DNA of 64,000 nucleotides from Alkalispirochaeta sp. Lineage in GTDB: Bacteria > Spirochaetota > Spirochaetia > DSM-27196 > Alkalispirochaetaceae. The first letter of the stretch is position 1. Every line of letters begins with the position of its first letter. Shown here in pieces: positions 59,324 to 64,000 of the stretch. The notes beneath the pieces were generated by a model. It saw only the letters and a list, made by a program, of their open reading frames with translations. It ran no database searches and had not been told where the DNA came from. Location: NCBI GenBank assembly GCA_965601925.1, contig OZ271854.1, positions 2,048,001-2,112,000 of the forward strand, in the 5' to 3' direction. The translations under genes and the position numbers were made by a program.

Positions 59324-61465
59324 CTACTGAGGGGGCGCGGAGAGATTCTCCTCGACAAACCACGCGATCACGTTCCAGTCGTCGCCGCGCGGGAGGAGAA
59401 TCCACGCACCGAGGTAGAACTCGTCGTCAACCTCCTCGCGTTCCAGCGATTGGAGATAGAGGTTGCTCCACGTGTTGTACAGCACGTTGTCGAAGGTGAG
59501 TCCCGTCCGATTGACGATCCGGGCGTTACGGTAGGCGAGATAGAACTGCGCGAGCTCCCAGTTGGTGTAACTCGAACTGACGTACTCAGCCGCAGTTCCG
59601 ATGAGCTCATACACGCGATCGAGATCCCCGGCGTTAAGCTCGTTGAGGCGCGTTCTCAGAGCTTCCAGTATGAGTTGCTGGCGGTACGAACGCTCAAAAT
59701 CGTTTGAGGTGTGACGAGATCGGGCGAGGCGTAACGCCTCCACGCCCCCGAGGCGGTGCGTTCCCGCCTCGTAGAAGAGGGTGCTCCAACGTCCCGCCTC
59801 GCGCACGCGATATGTCGGATCGACCAGCGGCTCGGCCAACGTGACCTCTATGCCTCCCAAGAGGTCCACAACTTCGATAAAGGCGTACATATCGATCGCA
59901 ATCCATCCGTCGATCGTCTGTCCGGTTATCTCCTCGACCTGGAGGGCGAGATGACGCGTCCCGTGCACCTCGTTGTGGTAGCCGAGTTTTCGACCGCCCC
60001 ACCATATATCGCGGGGAATACTGATCATCGACACCTCCCGCTCCGGAGAGAGGTGAACGAACATGATGGAATCGGCCTTGTTTTCGTGGACCCCGACGAG
60101 CAGTATGTTGGTGCCGTCGGATTCGGCCCGACCGCCGCGGAACCCCGGCGGAAACGCATCGGGCAATTCCCGACTCGTCCCGGCGGCGGAATCCTCCGCG
60201 GCTCCTATCCCGCCGAGCAGTGCGGCCGGGTCGTCTCCCACGCGAGTGAGTGTCGTCAGTACGACGCCGTCGCCGTCGGTCACGTAAATCTCGCCAAGTT
60301 CCTTCTGCACGGCAAACGAACCGTAGCGCGTCGCGTCGTCATACACGATGTCGAAGTAAAAAAAGTCGAGGCCGTCGCGCAACTCTTCCACAAGGCGTAG
60401 ATTTCGGGATGCGAGAAACTCCGAGAATCCGCGATCATCGGCGATCTCTCGAATTGAGGCGATCGCCGACTCGACCGATTGTCGATCGGCGGTACGTGCG
60501 TCGACCCGATCGAGTCTGCGAACGACCAACGACGACACCGTTCCGAGGTCGGTCGTCTCGACCGTGTCCACGGTGACGGTAAAGGGCTTGCGTCGCACTT
60601 CGACGGCAAAGACCTCCTCCGCGGTGAGGGCCGCCCGGATCGGGATACGAATACCGTCCCCGTCGGTCGTGACCGCGCCGATGGCGAGCTCCCGCCGCGC
60701 CAATGCGTCGAGCACGGCATCGTTTTCTCGGAGCGTCGCCGGTACTTCGATACGGGCCCGCTCGAAGAGCCGGTTATCGCGCGCTTCGCGGTTGATGCGC
60801 GAGGAGACCTCGGTGAGCACCGCGTCGGGAGTTGCGGGTCGAACGGCGGGATCGGCCTCTATATGGCGCGCGATACCCGACGGAGAGGAGATACTCCACC
60901 GTTCCGGTGTCGCCGTAACGGTCACGATCGGCTCGCTTGACGCCGACGCACCGGCTGATAGGATCCACCAATGGAGTCGTCCCACGTAGCGTAGACGATG
61001 CGCGTCGGTAAGGATCGGCTCCAGACGACCCGGCAGCTCATCGACGATGCGACGCTCAAAATCCTGCAGTGCCGCCTCCTCGGCGATGCGATCTATTGCG
61101 GCGAAGAAGAGAGGAACGTGCTCCTCAGCCTCGACTACGGTCGAGGAAGGGGCCGCGTCGGACGGAGGTGACGTCGTTGCATGCGCCGCCCGTCCGGGAA
61201 GTTCAAAACGGTATCGTCCGGGGCTTAAGTTCAGTAGCTCTCGCACTTCCGCGAGGTGACCGGTCGCCTGGCGCTGATTGGCCTCCAGAAGGGTCGTGCG
61301 TCGGTGTTGTGTCTCCACTTCCGCCGCGACGGTCTCGGTAAACGCATCGACTCTCCGCGTAAGACGTCCGACACGTAACCCGAGCACGATATTGCTGATG
61401 AGAAGCGTTGCAATGACGGTCGCGACGATCACCAAAGAGATGCGCGGTGCTAATCGAAATCTCAC
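59324..61465 (-). CDS. LCP (LytR-CpsA-Psr) family protein with long N-terminal extension
   Basis: NILLVG, DSIM, SIPRD, VDLLGG, ARSRH, DFERSYRQQ. Confidence 0.85.
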   Translation of the reverse strand: MRFRLAPRISLVIVATVIATLLISNIVLGLRVGRLTRRVDAFTETVAAEVETQHRRTTLLEANQRQATGHLAEVRELLNLSPGRYRFELPGRAAHATTSPPSDAAPSSTVVEAEEHVPLFFAAIDRIAEEAALQDFERRIVDELPGRLEPILTDAHRLRYVGRLHWWILSAGASASSEPIVTVTATPERWSISSPSGIARHIEADPAVRPATPDAVLTEVSSRINREARDNRLFERARIEVPATLRENDAVLDALARRELAIGAVTTDGDGIRIPIRAALTAEEVFAVEVRRKPFTVTVDTVETTDLGTVSSLVVRRLDRVDARTADRQSVESAIASIREIADDRGFSEFLASRNLRLVEELRDGLDFFYFDIVYDDATRYGSFAVQKELGEIYVTDGDGVVLTTLTRVGDDPAALLGGIGAAEDSAAGTSRELPDAFPPGFRGGRAESDGTNILLVGVHENKADSIMFVHLSPEREVSMISIPRDIWWGGRKLGYHNEVHGTRHLALQVEEITGQTIDGWIAIDMYAFIEVVDLLGGIEVTLAEPLVDPTYRVREAGRWSTLFYEAGTHRLGGVEALRLARSRHTSNDFERSYRQQLILEALRTRLNELNAGDLDRVYELIGTAAEYVSSSYTNWELAQFYLAYRNARIVNRTGLTFDNVLYNTWSNLYLQSLEREEVDDEFYLGAWILLPRGDDWNVIAWFVEENLSAPPQ

Positions 61466-61537
61466 GATAGTGAGAGGCAGAATAGCAGATTGACTCGCGG
61501 AGCGCCAGTGTTTAGGTCGGTTTGTCGTCGCCGCGCC

Positions 61538-63169
61538 TTATGCGTGGTCGCCACCGTCCGTTCCGATGACGTCGAGCAGACGCGATATCGACTGTTGCGA
61601 GCTGGTACTCACCTCCACCGCCGACCGTGCCATAGAGGCGACCGCTTCGGCTGTAGAACGTGTTGTGGCGCTGTTACTCGTGAGCGCCGAGAACGAGTCG
61701 TGCATCGCATCCAAAGACGATTGTGACGCTCCCAAGAGTTCCTCGGTGAGGCGCAACTCTTCCCGACTCGCCGCAGCCTGTGATTCCAGCCCCGTCACCG
61801 CGGAGCCCACCTCGTCTACGGTGACGCGAATACGACCCAGGCGCTCTTCGAACGCGAGGATCTTCTCGGCGCTATCGTTAAGGTCTTGTCGGTAGTCCTC
61901 GTACAAGGTCCGGAAGTCCTGAATGGCCGATCGCGCATCGGCCGCCGAGGCTCCCGCGCTTTTGGTTGCCGACAGAATATCGTCCGTCCGACGGCGAACT
62001 TCGGTCGCTAGATTTTGCACCTCCCGCGCGACGACGGTGAATTGGCCGCCCGAACCGCCGGACCGCGCCGCAACGACCAGCGCGTTCATCGCCAGAACGT
62101 GGGTACGATCGGCGATCTCGGAAACGACGCGTGCCGTCTCGGCGAGCGTCTCGGTGCCGTCGAGCGTCTCCTGGAGTCGCGTCGCGGCGTGCGCGACCTC
62201 GCGTTCACGCTCAGGGAGTCGAGCCCTTCGATCCCGAAAGGTGTGGGCCAGAGCGGTCATCTCGGAGGCGATCTCGTCAATACTCCGATTCATCGAGATC
62301 GTCCGCTCGACAATCTCGGTCGCCCGTGCGCGCGTTTTGGTGAGGTGACCGTCGACGCGCCGCACGTTGGTATGGATCTTCTCGACCCGCTCCGACACGC
62401 CGTTAACCGCGGTCTCGGTCTTCTCGATCGTCGAGTCCGTATCGACCAAGTATTCGAGAATCAAATGACTCGAGGAGAGCGTACACTCTCCCACCTGCAC
62501 CACGTCGCTCGACAGGCGTACACCCTCCTCGGCCCCTCGCGCGCCGGTGCGGATAAGATCGTCGCGCTTGGTCGTTTCGCGATGCTGCTTGTCGGCCTCC
62601 AGCACCAGGAACATACTGAACTGCCAAATCGTTGCGGCTACCCATACCAATACCAGGAGCAGAAGATTTCCCACGATGTATGCCGAGAAAAATGTCCCCG
62701 GGAGGGACTCGCCGGCGACGAGTTCGCCCGTCTCCCGCATACGCGGCACCGTTTTCAGCCATACCGTAAGATTGAACAGTACGATGTTCGCGACTCCGGC
62801 GACGGTAATCTGCGATATACGCACCGAGATCAACGATGCGATGATGAGGTATGCGCTCATGTAGGTGAGGTAACGATACATCTCGAGGTAGTTGGCGTAC
62901 GGTATCAACAGAGCGGCCGCCGCGACGTTGAGCCATATTTGAAAGAGCGTGACGTTGCCGGCGGCAAATATGCGGCCCTTGCGGACGAGGACGAGAGAAC
63001 AAAAGAGCAAACTGATCAGAAGAACAACCGGGACGGCAAAGCGTAGCACGCCGGCCGCGATGGACGTCGCGAGCCCTGCAGCAAAAAAGGCGGCAATGAG
63101 CGTGACGTTCACGCGCCGTAGGTATCGAGCCCGCCCCGTAACGGTCAGCGAACGAATCGTATCGTGCAT
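61538..63169 (-). CDS. Methyl-accepting chemotaxis-like protein
   Basis: Multi-TM N-terminus; IADRTHVLAMNA..AAR..F.VVA.EV..LA signalling domain. Confidence 0.8.
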   Translation of the reverse strand: MHDTIRSLTVTGRARYLRRVNVTLIAAFFAAGLATSIAAGVLRFAVPVVLLISLLFCSLVLVRKGRIFAAGNVTLFQIWLNVAAAALLIPYANYLEMYRYLTYMSAYLIIASLISVRISQITVAGVANIVLFNLTVWLKTVPRMRETGELVAGESLPGTFFSAYIVGNLLLLVLVWVAATIWQFSMFLVLEADKQHRETTKRDDLIRTGARGAEEGVRLSSDVVQVGECTLSSSHLILEYLVDTDSTIEKTETAVNGVSERVEKIHTNVRRVDGHLTKTRARATEIVERTISMNRSIDEIASEMTALAHTFRDRRARLPEREREVAHAATRLQETLDGTETLAETARVVSEIADRTHVLAMNALVVAARSGGSGGQFTVVAREVQNLATEVRRRTDDILSATKSAGASAADARSAIQDFRTLYEDYRQDLNDSAEKILAFEERLGRIRVTVDEVGSAVTGLESQAAASREELRLTEELLGASQSSLDAMHDSFSALTSNSATTRSTAEAVASMARSAVEVSTSSQQSISRLLDVIGTDGGDHA

Positions 63170-63262
63170 AAGCCTACAATGTTATGAAAGTGTGAGTTTT
63201 GTATGAAGCGGAGCGCGCCCTTTTTTGTAATGCCGTCGCTGAAGACTATACTTGAAGTGTTC

Positions 63263-63739
63263 ATGGAATGGATGCTCGCGATCGGCACGGCCGTATCGAA
63301 AGCCGCACTCGGGCGCCTGTATGAGACGATTCGTTCGATTTTTTTGGACGGCGCACTCGAGATCGTGCTTGAGCGCGAGGAGATCGAAGACGAACCCCTC
63401 TCGCGTATTCTCGTGCACGAAATCATAGTCTCCGCTCGCGGTCACGGAAGAGGTTTCCGCCTATGTGTTCGTGCCGAGGGAAGTCTCGACTCGGTACACC
63501 GTCTGGCGCAGCTGTGCTCGATGATAGTCGAGGGCTACGTTGTGAACGTATGGGCTCTCGATCGATCGGTGAGCGTTGTCGCTCTAACGCGTTATACCGC
63601 GGGAGTATTGATCGACTCACGAACCGTTCCCGCCATACTCATGGGCGGGGACGAATCGCCCGACGGCGCCGTGGTTCGCGTCGGGGCGGATGCGGTGCCG
63701 GCGCTCACCGGAGACACGTTGCTCGGCTACATCTCATAG
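63263..63739 (+). CDS. Hypothetical protein
   Basis: Open frame filling the gap; TATACT upstream; no recognisable motif. Confidence 0.5.
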   Translation: MEWMLAIGTAVSKAALGRLYETIRSIFLDGALEIVLEREEIEDEPLSRILVHEIIVSARGHGRGFRLCVRAEGSLDSVHRLAQLCSMIVEGYVVNVWALDRSVSVVALTRYTAGVLIDSRTVPAILMGGDESPDGAVVRVGADAVPALTGDTLLGYIS

Positions 63740-63753
63740 CCGTGCAGGGTGGG

Positions 63754-64000
63754 TCACACCCCCTCTATGTACTCCATGGCTTGGTGTCGAAAGTACGTGT
63801 TGTATAGCTGCGCGTAGTGTCCGTCCGCGTCGAGCAGATCCGCGTGAGTGCCGTCCTCGATGATGGTGCCGCCGTCGAGAACGACGATACGGTCCGCCGA
63901 TTTGACCGTGGAGAGCCGGTGAGCGATCACGATCGCCGTGCGGCCCGACATGACGCTGTCGAGGCCCTCCTGAATTTGCGCCTCGGTGAACGGGTCTACA
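63754..64000 (-). CDS. ABC transporter ATP-binding/permease protein, C-terminus (5'-partial)
   Basis: VDPFTEAQIQ, IAHRLSTV H-loop, GTHADLL. Confidence 0.9.
   Translation of the reverse strand, partial: VDPFTEAQIQEGLDSVMSGRTAIVIAHRLSTVKSADRIVVLDGGTIIEDGTHADLLDADGHYAQLYNTYFRHQAMEYIEGV

Overview
High-GC bacterial chromosome segment, most likely from an anaerobic free-living spirochaete. This is inferred from the fliS, polA-coaE-SPOR, XPB-helicase and spirochaete-type deacetylase/TonB gene context; no taxonomy was computed. From left to right it contains: (1) slt-uppP-ftsK; (2) a Rex/DRTGG/CBS-kinase/PHP regulatory operon divergent from a tetrameric NAD(P)-linked, probably electron-bifurcating [FeFe]-hydrogenase operon, followed by a 9-copy 47-bp palindromic tandem array and a terminator; (3) aroDE, an XPB helicase pair and PIN-PhoH; (4) a ~15-kb catabolic island flanked by two paralogous membrane-bound LuxR genes; (5) a TetR pair, a TonB-dependent uptake operon, a NodB-fold protein, fliS/flgN-like, polA, coaE, a SPOR protein, an M30 peptidase, a CoA-transferase, an LCP protein, an MCP and a partial ABC transporter. 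The island encodes a non-PFL glycyl radical enzyme (GCGE Cys loop) with its activase, ChbR-like and ROK regulators, a GH35 with a glucosaminidase-type DE motif, a sugar ABC importer, a Dac-like PIG-L deacetylase, an aminocyclitol-type PLP aminotransferase and a Gfo/Idh/MocA dehydrogenase. It is the best candidate for an undescribed system: a glycyl-radical amino-sugar/aminocyclitol catabolic pathway. Other oddities are a Rex with a CX2CX4CX3C insertion, a cysteine-free HndB subunit and the 47-bp array. All calls come from motif recognition only; no searches were run.
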